Below are positions 24,453-32,240 of a stretch of DNA of 42,526 nucleotides, in pieces. Position numbers and translations under genes: made by a program. The stretch's first letter is position 1. Each line of letters opens with the position of its first letter. The notes beneath the pieces are model-generated. The model saw only the letters and a list, made by a program, of their open reading frames with translations, searched no databases and had not been told where the DNA came from. The stretch comes from a virus (taxonomy: Duplodnaviria; Caudoviricetes): positions 1 through 42,526 of the IMG/VR virus record IMGVR_UViG_3300028145_000001; one strand, written 5' to 3'.

Positions 24453-24847
24453 GCCTTATTCGTTCCTTCTACATTTCGCTTCTCACGGTCTGCCTTGCGC
24501 TTGCCAAGCCATAACAACGCTTCGTCCAACTTCGTGATAGCAACAGAATTTTCCTTGCAAGGAAATGCAGCGTTGAATCCTTCGATCTTCTCCTTAGCCC
24601 ACGCGATCACATCATCAATCTGACAACCATTCACGCCGAACTCCTTGATAGGCCCACTCTGAATAGTGAACTGTACCGAGGATTCTTCGCCGTGAACTTG
24701 AGGCCAACCGCGTTCTTCTATAAAACTAGACATTTCGATACCCTCCTGTGAATTGTCACCACAACTACAGCACTTACCGCCGTCGTACCAGTGATTGCAG
24801 TGAATCTTGTCATCGCTCTTAGGGCACTCAGTTTCCCAGTCGCTCAT
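24449..24847 (-). CDS. tad1: Tad1-family anti-Thoeris/anti-CBASS signal-sponge protein
   Basis: Core F.IQ.GPIKE.GVNG....D.I......I..F...FPCKEN..AITKLDEALLWL..R..DR..RNVEGTN matches the Tad1 pattern as I recall it. A second start with GGAGG RBS at 24733 gives the 94-aa core alone. Confidence 0.75.
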   Translation of the reverse strand: MSDWETECPKSDDKIHCNHWYDGGKCCSCGDNSQEGIEMSSFIEERGWPQVHGEESSVQFTIQSGPIKEFGVNGCQIDDVIAWAKEKIEGFNAAFPCKENSVAITKLDEALLWLGKRKADREKRNVEGTNKA

Positions 24848-25320
24848 CGTCCGCTCTCTTTCTCTGGCTGGCCCTGCGCTGCTGCGAGGATGCTGTAGGG
24901 GTTGCGATCTGTGGGACGCGGTTCGGCTGCACGACGGCAGCGCCGACACAGCCAAATCACGTCGTAGCGGTTTTCCCAGGCATAGCCTTTGTAGTGGTGG
25001 GATTCTAGGTAAACGTATTTCCCGCAATGGGCACAATTCTTTGGCTTTACCATTGTCCCGCGATGAATTTTGTTCTGTACGGCCCTGCGAGCGTGAACCT
25101 TATCTGGGTGTTTCGCTAGTTGGGCATAGATATATCGCTTTGCGTGTTCCTTTGCTGTGGGTTTTTGCTTACACCGACCAGAATATTTGACGCCACACGC
25201 TTTACATCTGCGGCTACCTCGGTACACTCGTGTGTTTTTAGGGGTATACTCGTGCCCTTGTGGGCAGTGAGTCTTGCGAGAATTAGCGTGTGTTTTCATC
25301 TTCTCGTCTGCGCCGCTCAT
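24844..25320 (-). CDS. HNH-related zinc-finger protein (possibly degenerate nuclease)
   Basis: KTHCPQGHEYTP.NT...CKAC plus KP..CAHCG...HH..Y.....V.WLCRRC; the His residues usual after CxxC are absent. Confidence 0.65.
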   Translation of the reverse strand: MSGADEKMKTHANSRKTHCPQGHEYTPKNTRVYRGSRRCKACGVKYSGRCKQKPTAKEHAKRYIYAQLAKHPDKVHARRAVQNKIHRGTMVKPKNCAHCGKYVYLESHHYKGYAWENRYDVIWLCRRCRRAAEPRPTDRNPYSILAAAQGQPEKESGR

Positions 25321-25733
25321 CGTTGCCTCACTGCTATCACGCGGTTGTGATAACGCTTGTGCCAGCTCGGGCAGACGTATAATGCGCAAGCAACCGAGTC
25401 GCACTTCTTTCGCAGCGGGCAGTTGTGATGCCATTCTCCGGTTTCTTCCCAGTTCACTTCGTGCGGCTCGACGCAGCCCTGGCAGATGGCGGGCGAAATT
25501 TCTTCGACTGTGCGCGGGTCAGTCGGGTCAAACCATGTTGCTTCGCCGCCGGCGTTGCGAAAGATTTCCAGGCGCCGTTGTGTGTGCGCCAGCATCCCGT
25601 GCAGGTACTCATGCTCGCCGCGGCGGTAACTGGTGGGCTTGCTGGCCGTGCCCCAGCGTTGCTTTCTGCGTTCGCGGAGTAGGCGGCGGGCGTTGGTGAT
25701 TTCTTGGCGGAGTTGCTGGTCGGTTTTGCTCAT
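25317..25733 (-). CDS. Hypothetical protein with Cys-rich C-terminus
   Basis: Start MSKTDQQ (ATGA overlap). Confidence 0.55.
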   Translation of the reverse strand: MSKTDQQLRQEITNARRLLRERRKQRWGTASKPTSYRRGEHEYLHGMLAHTQRRLEIFRNAGGEATWFDPTDPRTVEEISPAICQGCVEPHEVNWEETGEWHHNCPLRKKCDSVACALYVCPSWHKRYHNRVIAVRQR

Positions 25734-25891
25734 GGTCGGCAATTCTGGCTGTACCAATCCTTCATTTTTTCTCTGACTTTGTTCTCCGGTATCGCTCGCC
25801 ATCTCCGCATACGATCGCGGTTATAAGTCGGGTGTTTCTTGCGCCATTCCCGCAAATAGTTCCTATGCCACTCACGAGACATTTTGCTCAT
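25730..25891 (-). CDS. 53-aa basic helical protein
   Basis: MSKMSREWHRNYLREWRKKHPTYNRDRMRRWR..., with ATGA overlaps at both ends. Confidence 0.55.
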   Translation of the reverse strand: MSKMSREWHRNYLREWRKKHPTYNRDRMRRWRAIPENKVREKMKDWYSQNCRP

Positions 25892-26277
25892 GTGTGCCTA
25901 CACAACCCAAACTTTCCGTCCTGCGTCACCTGCCTCCATCCCGTCCCCCGGCAGTGCTCGCAGTCTGTGGGAATCGTTCGCTTCTGCGTTGGCAAGTTGG
26001 CCAGCACAATTTCCGCTGAGCTTCTTACCTCCGCTGGTGTCGGGCGGAATTTGCAAGTCTTCGCTGCTTTCAGAAACGCCTGGTGCAGAACCGCCGGACG
26101 GATGTCTTTCAGTGCTTCCTGGTAAAGCAGGGCTAGTTCTTCCGTGATTTCTTCCCGGTATGTTTGCGCGTAGAGTGTCAGCCAGTCGGCTACGGTGTCC
26201 GAGAGCGTTCTTGATGGCTTGCTGACTTCTCTCTGCTCGCTGCTGTTCTCGGCTGGTATCTGGCTGTCGTGTGCCAT
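25888..26277 (-). CDS. Replicative helicase loader/inhibitor-like protein
   Basis: LY.EALKDI....L..AF......CKFRPTPAEVR, then CEHCRGTGW. Directly follows the initiator domain. Confidence 0.7.
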   Translation of the reverse strand: MAHDSQIPAENSSEQREVSKPSRTLSDTVADWLTLYAQTYREEITEELALLYQEALKDIRPAVLHQAFLKAAKTCKFRPTPAEVRSSAEIVLANLPTQKRTIPTDCEHCRGTGWRQVTQDGKFGLCRHT

Positions 26278-27205
26278 TGTTTTCCTTCCTGGGCTCGAAT
26301 ACATCGCGCCACCCGTTACGGATTGAATTTTCAAGACACTCAACAGGATCGTGGCCAGCGTCTTTCAACTTCTGCAACTCTCTACGAACCAATTCCCCGG
26401 CATGGTCTGTTAGTGGGTATCGAATTTTCTTCCGCATCTCAACGAAGGCAAGCCAGAGGTGTACGGGAACGATGGAAGGTTCTGAGAACAAAGCTGCGCC
26501 GTCAGGCGCGGCCTCTTTCTTTTCTTCTAATGTTTTATATGGAGTCTTGGAGTCTGGAAGTCTAGAATCTGGGATAGTTTGAAGTTTGTTTAGCGAACGT
26601 TCAACGAACGTTGACCAACCGTCCGGTCGTAAGTCTTCTGTTTTCTGTTGTTTTGTGGAATTACATTTAAGACATAGTGGTTGAAGGTTAAGAATCGCGT
26701 CACTTCCTCCATCAGTGACCGAAATAATATGATCTTTTGTGAGGGGGATTCCGGCAACTCCACATGCGAGGCATTTGTTGCCGCAAAATTGAACAAGAAA
26801 CGCCCACTCTAACTCAGTATGGCGTCCTCGTTTACGCGCTTCCTGTTCCGACTTCCACCGATCACGGCCATACTCGGCTTTCTTTCTCCGTGCGGCGACA
26901 CTGAACTGCGCACCCTTTTTTGCTCGCTCGCTTTTTTCTTTGGCGTAAGCGAATTCTTCCTCGGCTCGTTTGTTCTTAAACCCGAGCTTCGTGGCTTTGA
27001 AATATTTTCTAAGGATATTACTGACGGCGGCCTTTTCTTCTCGGCTTACGGCAGAGCAAACTCTAAAGGCTTCGTCCTCTGTACGAAGGCGCCTTTCGCT
27101 TGCATAAATGTGATCCAAAAGCAGGGTATAGGCACCGTGCTCCAACATGCTCAGGCCCATCGTGTCGCGCAGATAGTCTCCCGGAAACCTTCTGTAGTAG
27201 TTCAC
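25898..27205 (-). CDS. Replication initiator (DUF1376/YdaU N-domain) with internal HNH endonuclease domain
   Basis: MNYYRRFPGDYLRDTMGLSMLEHGAYTLLLD (DUF1376); CLACG...DHIISVTDGGSD.ILNLQPLCLKCNSTK (HNH); C-terminal WLAFVEMRKK...LENSIRNGW. Confidence 0.85.
   Translation of the reverse strand: MNYYRRFPGDYLRDTMGLSMLEHGAYTLLLDHIYASERRLRTEDEAFRVCSAVSREEKAAVSNILRKYFKATKLGFKNKRAEEEFAYAKEKSERAKKGAQFSVAARRKKAEYGRDRWKSEQEARKRGRHTELEWAFLVQFCGNKCLACGVAGIPLTKDHIISVTDGGSDAILNLQPLCLKCNSTKQQKTEDLRPDGWSTFVERSLNKLQTIPDSRLPDSKTPYKTLEEKKEAAPDGAALFSEPSIVPVHLWLAFVEMRKKIRYPLTDHAGELVRRELQKLKDAGHDPVECLENSIRNGWRDVFEPRKENNGTRQPDTSREQQRAERSQQAIKNALGHRSRLADTLRANIPGRNHGRTSPALPGSTERHPSGGSAPGVSESSEDLQIPPDTSGGKKLSGNCAGQLANAEANDSHRLRALPGDGMEAGDAGRKVWVV
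26541..26615. other. Candidate replication origin repeats inside the initiator gene
   Basis: CGAACGTT occurs twice, next to short (G/A)AGTCT repeats, in the linker region where lambdoid origins lie. Confidence 0.35.
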
Positions 27206-27519
27206 GCTGAGCGCCTCTTAGGGGAACGCGATGGCTGGGCCGTGACTCGGTGTACTGTTTGGCGGTTCATTGCCTTAGCAAGTACCGTAACAGCCACTGT
27301 TATCCTGTCTATTTTTTGTTCCACGCCACTAATCCAAGCAAAAATAGCTTTGCGGCCTTCGTCCTCGCCGTGCTCCAATGCCTCATGACTCTGCATGAGC
27401 TTGTCCTGACCTTCGGTGAGGGATTTCAGTTGCGCCATGACGGTTTTCATAGAGCAATTAGCGTTGTGAACGTCAATTCCGATTTCCCAAATATTGTCTC
27501 GATCTGCTTTTCGGAACAT
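27202..27519 (-). CDS. Coiled-coil hypothetical protein
   Basis: AAGGAG RBS; GTGA coupling to the initiator. Confidence 0.6.
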   Translation of the reverse strand: MFRKADRDNIWEIGIDVHNANCSMKTVMAQLKSLTEGQDKLMQSHEALEHGEDEGRKAIFAWISGVEQKIDRITVAVTVLAKAMNRQTVHRVTAQPSRSPKRRSA

Positions 27520-27528
27520 TCCAGCTCC

Positions 27529-27612
27529 TTACAGCGAAAAAACCAGCACCACCAAAATAGCAGTCAGTACCGTTATGGCCACGATCCGCACAACAAAACC
27601 CAGCACTTTCAT
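27529..27612 (-). CDS. 27-aa single-TM peptide
   Basis: MKVLGFVVRIVAITVLTAILVVLVFSL; ATGA overlap. Confidence 0.5.
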   Translation of the reverse strand: MKVLGFVVRIVAITVLTAILVVLVFSL

Positions 27613-27713
27613 CGCTTCACCGCCAACAGATACAGAAAAGCTCCAGCTATAAGGAAGCACCACACACAAGCCCTGAGCAGCTGCAAATCGCTTGGAGCGT
27701 TAGGCTGCCTCAC
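27609..27713 (-). CDS. 34-aa single-TM peptide
   Basis: GTG start; RQPNAPSDLQLLRACVWCFLIAGAFLYLLAVKR; coupled at both ends. Confidence 0.5.
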   Translation of the reverse strand: MRQPNAPSDLQLLRACVWCFLIAGAFLYLLAVKR

Positions 27714-28015
27714 TGCCGGCCTTCCTCGTATAGATTCTTGATTGAATCGTCGCTGATAGCTGCCAGCACCCGGCACATGATCGGGTAAGCCAAAGTAGGG
27801 TTGCCGCCGCAAATCTCCACCCAGCGATCCTTTTGTGTATGCCATTCCTTGTACGTCTCGCTATCAGTCACAAACACCACCCTGGTATGGCCTTCCTTGT
27901 TCTCTCGACGGCGTTGGGCTTCTACTTTGGGCATGTATAGCTTGCCTGCCTCGCCGCCGCGTCCTTTGCTTACTAGGAACTTGCAGTGCTCAAGTACGTC
28001 TTTTACTGTTTCCAA
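27710..28015 (-). CDS. Hypothetical protein
   Basis: 101-aa ORF in the operon. Confidence 0.6.
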   Translation of the reverse strand: METVKDVLEHCKFLVSKGRGGEAGKLYMPKVEAQRRRENKEGHTRVVFVTDSETYKEWHTQKDRWVEICGGNPTLAYPIMCRVLAAISDDSIKNLYEEGRQ

Positions 28016-28295
28016 GTAGTACCCACCTTCCGATTAGCCCACAGTGACGCGCTTCCCGCCGTGAGCGCTCCCAACAGACAAGCTGCCAATGTTCCCGGTC
28101 AAAAACATTCCCGGCCGCTGAACCAAGTTCCAGATTCCAGCCGTTTCGCTCTATCTCGTCCCTAACATCGTCAATCGTCAAAGTCTGGCCGCCATAGCCC
28201 ATCCAGCGAGCGCATATCTGGGCCTTCCAGAGATCATCAGCGTGTTTCTTGCTGGCTCTGCCTAATCCCTCTAACTTCAACTGGATTCCGCTCAT
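27990..28295 (-). CDS. Conserved phage protein (possible winged helix)
   Basis: TIDDVR...AAGNVF...W.....S.R..RH...I..W pattern. Confidence 0.6.
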   Translation of the reverse strand: MSGIQLKLEGLGRASKKHADDLWKAQICARWMGYGGQTLTIDDVRDEIERNGWNLELGSAAGNVFDREHWQLVCWERSRREARHCGLIGRWVLLGNSKRRT

Positions 28296-29134
28296 TGGGC
28301 TGCCTCAAGTTTGTGAACATCTACTCCCATGTCACCCGCCAGCTTCTCAAGTAGTCCGACCAGCTTCTCCGCAGGTACCAGCGCGGTACCCTCTTTCGTT
28401 TTTTTGGCGCCGTGGGCTGTAAACGCCATTCTCAGCATGTCTTCTTTCTCCAGATTCGAGCCGATATAGGCCTGGATATTCACGAACTCAGCAAAATGGC
28501 CATTATGCTTTTCAGGTAGGGTGTAGAAGATCGTAGTGACTCGCACAGGTGGCCGTTCCGCGGCAGGGGGAGCGTTTCTAGGCGTTTTACCGGCTTTCTG
28601 GCGGTCTACCTCTTCCTCAACAAACTTCTTGGCTGCTGCCGTTTGCTTGTCGGTTTTCTCGTCTCCCTCCGGGTCGGAATCGTCAGGGATTAGGAATGCG
28701 TGTCTCAGCCCGTACTTAAGAGCGCCAGTCATGGCCTTATAAACTGCTTTGTCGCCCTTATCGGTTCCGGTGCCACAACTGTGCAGGACAATGGGAACTG
28801 TCTCTGGCGAGTCACCATCGAAGAACGAGAATTGCATCTTGATGTCTACGGCCTGCATCACGCCTTCTTTGGCCGGAATCTCGTAATTGCGCATATCGAT
28901 CACATCAGAAACCAAATAGATATTGCGTTCTGATAGGGCTTTGCGCACCAGCCATGCCACATCCGCCGCCTTGACATACTTGTAATTCTGGAACTTGTTT
29001 TCCCCGCGCTTTTCCACGGAGTCAATCTCGCGGACTATATCCGCCAGCTTGGCCACTAGATGTTTGGGAGCCAGTGGTACGATTGATTCAGTTCGCGGTT
29101 GTTGTTGTTCAGCTCCGTTTACTTGGCTTGGCAT
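28292..29134 (-). CDS. erf: ERF-family single-strand annealing protein
   Basis: VEKRGENKFQNYKY....DV and GTGTDKGDKAVYKAMTGALKYGLRHAFLIP...DPE. Confidence 0.88.
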   Translation of the reverse strand: MPSQVNGAEQQQPRTESIVPLAPKHLVAKLADIVREIDSVEKRGENKFQNYKYVKAADVAWLVRKALSERNIYLVSDVIDMRNYEIPAKEGVMQAVDIKMQFSFFDGDSPETVPIVLHSCGTGTDKGDKAVYKAMTGALKYGLRHAFLIPDDSDPEGDEKTDKQTAAAKKFVEEEVDRQKAGKTPRNAPPAAERPPVRVTTIFYTLPEKHNGHFAEFVNIQAYIGSNLEKEDMLRMAFTAHGAKKTKEGTALVPAEKLVGLLEKLAGDMGVDVHKLEAAQ

Positions 29135-29300
29135 TTCTATCTCCCTGAACGCAAATTAAGTGCGCTCTCCTGTACATCCCGCCGTCGAAGTACCTTTCAT
29201 GGGCCCTAATTTCTGTGTGGCAAATGGCACAAACTGGGCCATTTCTTCCGCTGCGAACTAAAAGCGGGTAGTTGCTCCATGCCGTTGTCATTGGCTTCAT
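29109..29300 (-). CDS. Small zinc-finger protein
   Basis: CAICHTEI...AHLIC. Confidence 0.5.
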   Translation of the reverse strand: MKPMTTAWSNYPLLVRSGRNGPVCAICHTEIRAHERYFDGGMYRRAHLICVQGDRNAKPSKRS

Positions 29301-29421
29301 CGTCTGCCTCCCACTCTTCCGCTTGGTCTATCAACTCATAGCAGATGCAAGGTTCTTGTTCGCAGAAGCACGGCTGGCCCACGGCTGAGGCTTCTCTGAA
29401 GTCCTCGTAAGGGTCACTCAT
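29206..29421 (-). CDS. Small acidic Cys-rich protein
   Basis: CFCEQEPCIC plus an acidic tract. Confidence 0.45.
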   Translation of the reverse strand: MSDPYEDFREASAVGQPCFCEQEPCICYELIDQAEEWEADDEANDNGMEQLPAFSSQRKKWPSLCHLPHRN

Positions 29422-29566
29422 TGGTTGTCCCTATCAGTTCGTCAAGAATCCATCCGGCTCGCATGGCGTTATTAGCTGTAGGACCTTCCTCACTGTCGGC
29501 GGTGTCTTCGTAGCCCTTGATTAGCTGCTTGACTAGGAGCAGAGCGTCCACTTCCTCCGCCGTCAT
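29414..29566 (-). CDS. 50-aa hypothetical protein
   Basis: MTAEEVDALLLVKQLIKGYED...; ATGA overlap. Confidence 0.5.
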   Translation of the reverse strand: MTAEEVDALLLVKQLIKGYEDTADSEEGPTANNAMRAGWILDELIGTTNE

Positions 29567-29766
29567 GGCCGCATCCCCGGCACGCGCATCAGCATGTCCA
29601 TGCGTACATCAAATTTGGCTTTGTCCAGTGTCTTGAGTGTTTTGGTCCAGACTTCCTCTTCTCCTATGTACTGGTGAGCGAAGAGGACGTGCTCATATGC
29701 GTGAATCAGCATGGTCAGGCCGTCCTGCTTTGGTTTCTCAAACTTGATTCTGTCGAGTAAGCTCAT
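29563..29766 (-). CDS. Hypothetical protein
   Basis: AGGAG RBS; coupled. Confidence 0.55.
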   Translation of the reverse strand: MSLLDRIKFEKPKQDGLTMLIHAYEHVLFAHQYIGEEEVWTKTLKTLDKAKFDVRMDMLMRVPGMRP

Positions 29767-29836
29767 CGATAGCTCCTGAGTCTCCGAACCATGGCTCGTC
29801 GCACGAGGAAATCAATCAGGTGCTCCATAAACCCCC

Positions 29837-30082
29837 CTACGCTTTTTTCTGGAATATCCGAATGTTTCTGGCTCTGGCCGGTCGCCCAATCTGTGAAACC
29901 GACCGCATCGCCAGCGTCCGCACAAACTTGTCTATGTACTCGATAGCTTCGAGAGCAGCTAATGCTTGATCGGGATTCTTGCGGCGCACCGCTTGGTTGG
30001 CTTCCCGCTGCAAGTCCTCTTTGAAGCCAGCCGCTACAGCTTCGATTTCCTCGATGGACAACGAACGTCCTTGATTGAGCAC
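29837..30082 (-). CDS. Hypothetical helical protein
   Basis: GGAGG RBS before the GTG start. Confidence 0.6.
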   Translation of the reverse strand: MLNQGRSLSIEEIEAVAAGFKEDLQREANQAVRRKNPDQALAALEAIEYIDKFVRTLAMRSVSQIGRPARARNIRIFQKKA

Positions 30083-30261
30083 AGGTATAGCCTCCAGGGG
30101 TAGCTGCGGGTGACTTCGAGCACAGTAGGACGCCTGTGCTAGTAGCGACTGAGCTAAGACGTGTTGAAAGTAATGGGGTTACAGGGAAGAAAAACCGAAA
30201 ATTAAAAGGTAGTTCAGTTATATTATGTTGACTCAAATTTTCGCCTAGGATTCGCATGTGG

Positions 30262-30726
30262 TTAGGCTGCCTGTTCCTTGGATTTCTTTGCGTAGAAAGC
30301 GAGCAGCAAACCAGCGAGGCACAGCACAATCGTGGAAGGCTCAGGGGTGGAGACAGGGGGGTCAATGACCGCTGCGCTGGAGACCGTGGCTACCAGATTC
30401 CAGTTGCCAAAGCTAACGAGCACATCCGAGCCAGTTACGGGGAAGAAAAAATAATCAGCGAAGAACGTGGTCAATCCGGCGTTTTTGCCCTTAGCCAGCA
30501 AAGTTCCATTGAGGATCGCTTCACCCAACCCATTATTGGAGAAAGTCTGCACGAAGAAATCGTAGGTGAAGGTGTCGCCGGGGCTTTTCACTGTGCCGTT
30601 AAGCTGGGTGTCCGTGATTGGCCCAATGCAGTCGTTTGGGTCAGTGCAGGAGCCCGGTAGTACCGTTACACTATCAGCGTAGGCTACGGGACAAAGAAAC
30701 AGAGCCATAATCAATGCTTTCTTCAT
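30262..30726 (-). CDS. PEP-CTERM sorting-domain surface protein
   Basis: Signal peptide MKKALIMALFLCPVAYA|D. C-terminal TPEPST motif, TM (IVLCLAGLLLAFYA) and basic KKSK. Confidence 0.88.
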   Translation of the reverse strand: MKKALIMALFLCPVAYADSVTVLPGSCTDPNDCIGPITDTQLNGTVKSPGDTFTYDFFVQTFSNNGLGEAILNGTLLAKGKNAGLTTFFADYFFFPVTGSDVLVSFGNWNLVATVSSAAVIDPPVSTPEPSTIVLCLAGLLLAFYAKKSKEQAA

Positions 30727-30878
30727 GCCGCCTGCTCCTTGGCTTTAAGGCTTTCTGCTTTGCCGCTTGGGAATAAGCGATAGGTTCTTCCGTCCACTTG
30801 GACAATAACTGGCCGGTTGCACTGCCGACAAAAATCAAATGCCTCTTGCATAGTCTCGAATTGGCCGTTCGATTTCAT
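30723..30878 (-). CDS. 51-aa hypothetical protein
   Basis: MKSNGQFETMQEAFDFCRQCNRPV...LFPSGKAESLKAKEQAA, with ATGA overlaps at both ends. Confidence 0.6.
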   Translation of the reverse strand: MKSNGQFETMQEAFDFCRQCNRPVIVQVDGRTYRLFPSGKAESLKAKEQAA

Positions 30879-31033
30879 GCTGTAACCTGCTCTGCTTCTT
30901 TATGAAGTAATTGCCGAATTATTTCTGAGATGTCCGTGTGCCTGGAAACGGCCAGCTTGTCGAACTTGGCTTTCTCGTCTCGCGTAACCCTTACCCGTAT
31001 CACGTCATCTCGGTATTGTTTCTTTGTTTTCAT
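30875..31033 (-). CDS. Ribbon-helix-helix transcriptional regulator (Arc/CopG/MobC-like)
   Basis: RDDVIRVRVTRDEKAKFDKLA......ISEIIRQLL; first gene of the early operon. Confidence 0.8.
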   Translation of the reverse strand: MKTKKQYRDDVIRVRVTRDEKAKFDKLAVSRHTDISEIIRQLLHKEAEQVTA

Positions 31034-31042
31034 AGCACTCAA

Positions 31043-31072
31043 AGTGTCCCAGATGTGGCTACATCGTGTCAA
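31043..31072 (-). promoter_or_regulatory. Early promoter with palindromic operator in the spacer
   Basis: TTGACA-N18-GACACT, with the inverted repeat GATGT-N4-ACATC at 31052-31065. Confidence 0.65.
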
Positions 31073-31174
31073 ACGAATTCGTAGTACTATTAGTTACATT
31101 TTGAGCAGGGCTGTGGAAATGTGTCCTAAAAAGCAATAGGCCCCCTATCCTCAAATGTGTATGCTGGATAGCAA

Positions 31175-31291
31175 ATGAAGAGACATGCCGATCTGACCGA
31201 GTGGATGTTATGGCTGGCGTTGATAGCGTTCTCGGTCCTGGCAGTATCCGAACGCCTAGCCGTTGCCGCGCTGCGGACATTTCCGCTCTAA
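31175..31291 (+). CDS. 38-aa single-TM peptide, divergent from the early operon
   Basis: MKRHADLTEWMLWLALIAFSVLAVSERLAVAALRTFPL. TGTG-TATGCT extended -10 lies 9 nt upstream. Confidence 0.45.
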   Translation: MKRHADLTEWMLWLALIAFSVLAVSERLAVAALRTFPL

Positions 31292-31333
31292 AAACAAAGG
31301 CCCCGCCATCTCCCTCTCAGGGACAGCGGGGCC
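31290..31333 (-). terminator. Rho-independent terminator ending the late operon
   Basis: GGCCCCGCTGTC...GATGGCGGGGCC stem followed by TTTGTTTTT. Confidence 0.8.
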
Positions 31334-31362
31334 CAATAGACTCCTTTCTCCAGACTTCCGGG

Positions 31363-31782
31363 TTAAACGGCTGTTCCGAAGAGCATTCCTACCTTTTTCA
31401 CAAGGTTCGGCACCAGGGTTGCCGTGTCCACGTCGTCAGCGATGGGCGCGCCGGTATCGTCCAGGACCGGAGTCCCGTCCGCATTGGCGAGGTGGTTGGT
31501 GATGTTAATTGGCACATTGACCTGGGCAGGCGAAGCAGCCGCCTTGATCTTCGCGCTAGCCAGCGTAGCCGTTCCTGCCGGAACCACCGTGCCATCGTCC
31601 AAGGTGTAATCCTTGTCGGTCGGGCGCGGCACCGCATCCTGAGTGATTACCCAGGTTGCAGGGTCGGCAGAGGTAATGGTACTGGTCTGACCGGGCTGTA
31701 ACTGGTCGCCCGGCTTATTCGCGTCATCGAGCCCGACAATGAAAATATCGTCAGACTGGCTTCCGTTCATTTTGAGTGGCAT
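31363..31782 (-). CDS. Acidic beta-rich (Ig-like) protein, last late gene
   Basis: AAGGAG RBS; beta-strand pattern. Confidence 0.65.
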   Translation of the reverse strand: MPLKMNGSQSDDIFIVGLDDANKPGDQLQPGQTSTITSADPATWVITQDAVPRPTDKDYTLDDGTVVPAGTATLASAKIKAAASPAQVNVPINITNHLANADGTPVLDDTGAPIADDVDTATLVPNLVKKVGMLFGTAV

Positions 31783-31794
31783 GAATTCTCCTTT

Positions 31795-32058
31795 TTATTT
31801 GCTTACTCCAAAAATTAGGACAGCCCGTTTGAGCGGTCCTGGTACTGCCGGTGGCGGCGTTGACTCCGCCGCGGCAATCTTTTGAAGAAAATCGGTCTGT
31901 TCTTGCTGCTCCTCGAAAGTGGCCTGCCCTTTGAGCAGCTCGTGGATGTCGCGCAATTCGCTCAACGATTCGAGAGCCAGCAGATTGCGCTCCTGGGCGA
32001 GCTTGACGAGCACTCTCAGGTAGGGCGTCATGTCCTGTTGCTTGAAGTCTTTGGGCAT
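31795..32058 (-). CDS. Hypothetical protein
   Basis: Coiled-coil with a Pro-rich linker. Confidence 0.6.
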   Translation of the reverse strand: MPKDFKQQDMTPYLRVLVKLAQERNLLALESLSELRDIHELLKGQATFEEQQEQTDFLQKIAAAESTPPPAVPGPLKRAVLIFGVSK

Positions 32059-32060
32059 GA

Positions 32061-32237
32061 TCAGCCCCGCAACACGTCGAGGTTTGCTTTACTGATAATG
32101 TCCTGCTTATGGGCGAGCAGCGCATCGATCGCCGCCTGGACTGAGGCAATGATTTCCGCCGGCGCCTTGCCGCCCTTGAGGCCGGACAGGAATGGCAATA
32201 GGAACTGAATGCCTAAGTCAAGTAGGGTTAGATACAT
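32061..32237 (-). CDS. 58-aa amphipathic protein (lysis-associated candidate)
   Basis: MYLTLLDLGIQFLLPFLSGLKGGKAPAEIIASVQAAIDALLAHKQDIISKANLDVLRG. Confidence 0.6.
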   Translation of the reverse strand: MYLTLLDLGIQFLLPFLSGLKGGKAPAEIIASVQAAIDALLAHKQDIISKANLDVLRG

Positions 32238-32240
32238 GGC

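Noticed and set aside
29763-30365. 200-aa minus-strand ORF
   Set aside because: It overlaps the PEP-CTERM gene and 29837..30082 in other frames and crosses an AT-rich intergenic gap. At most the last 21 codons (from 29828) are a real mini-gene.
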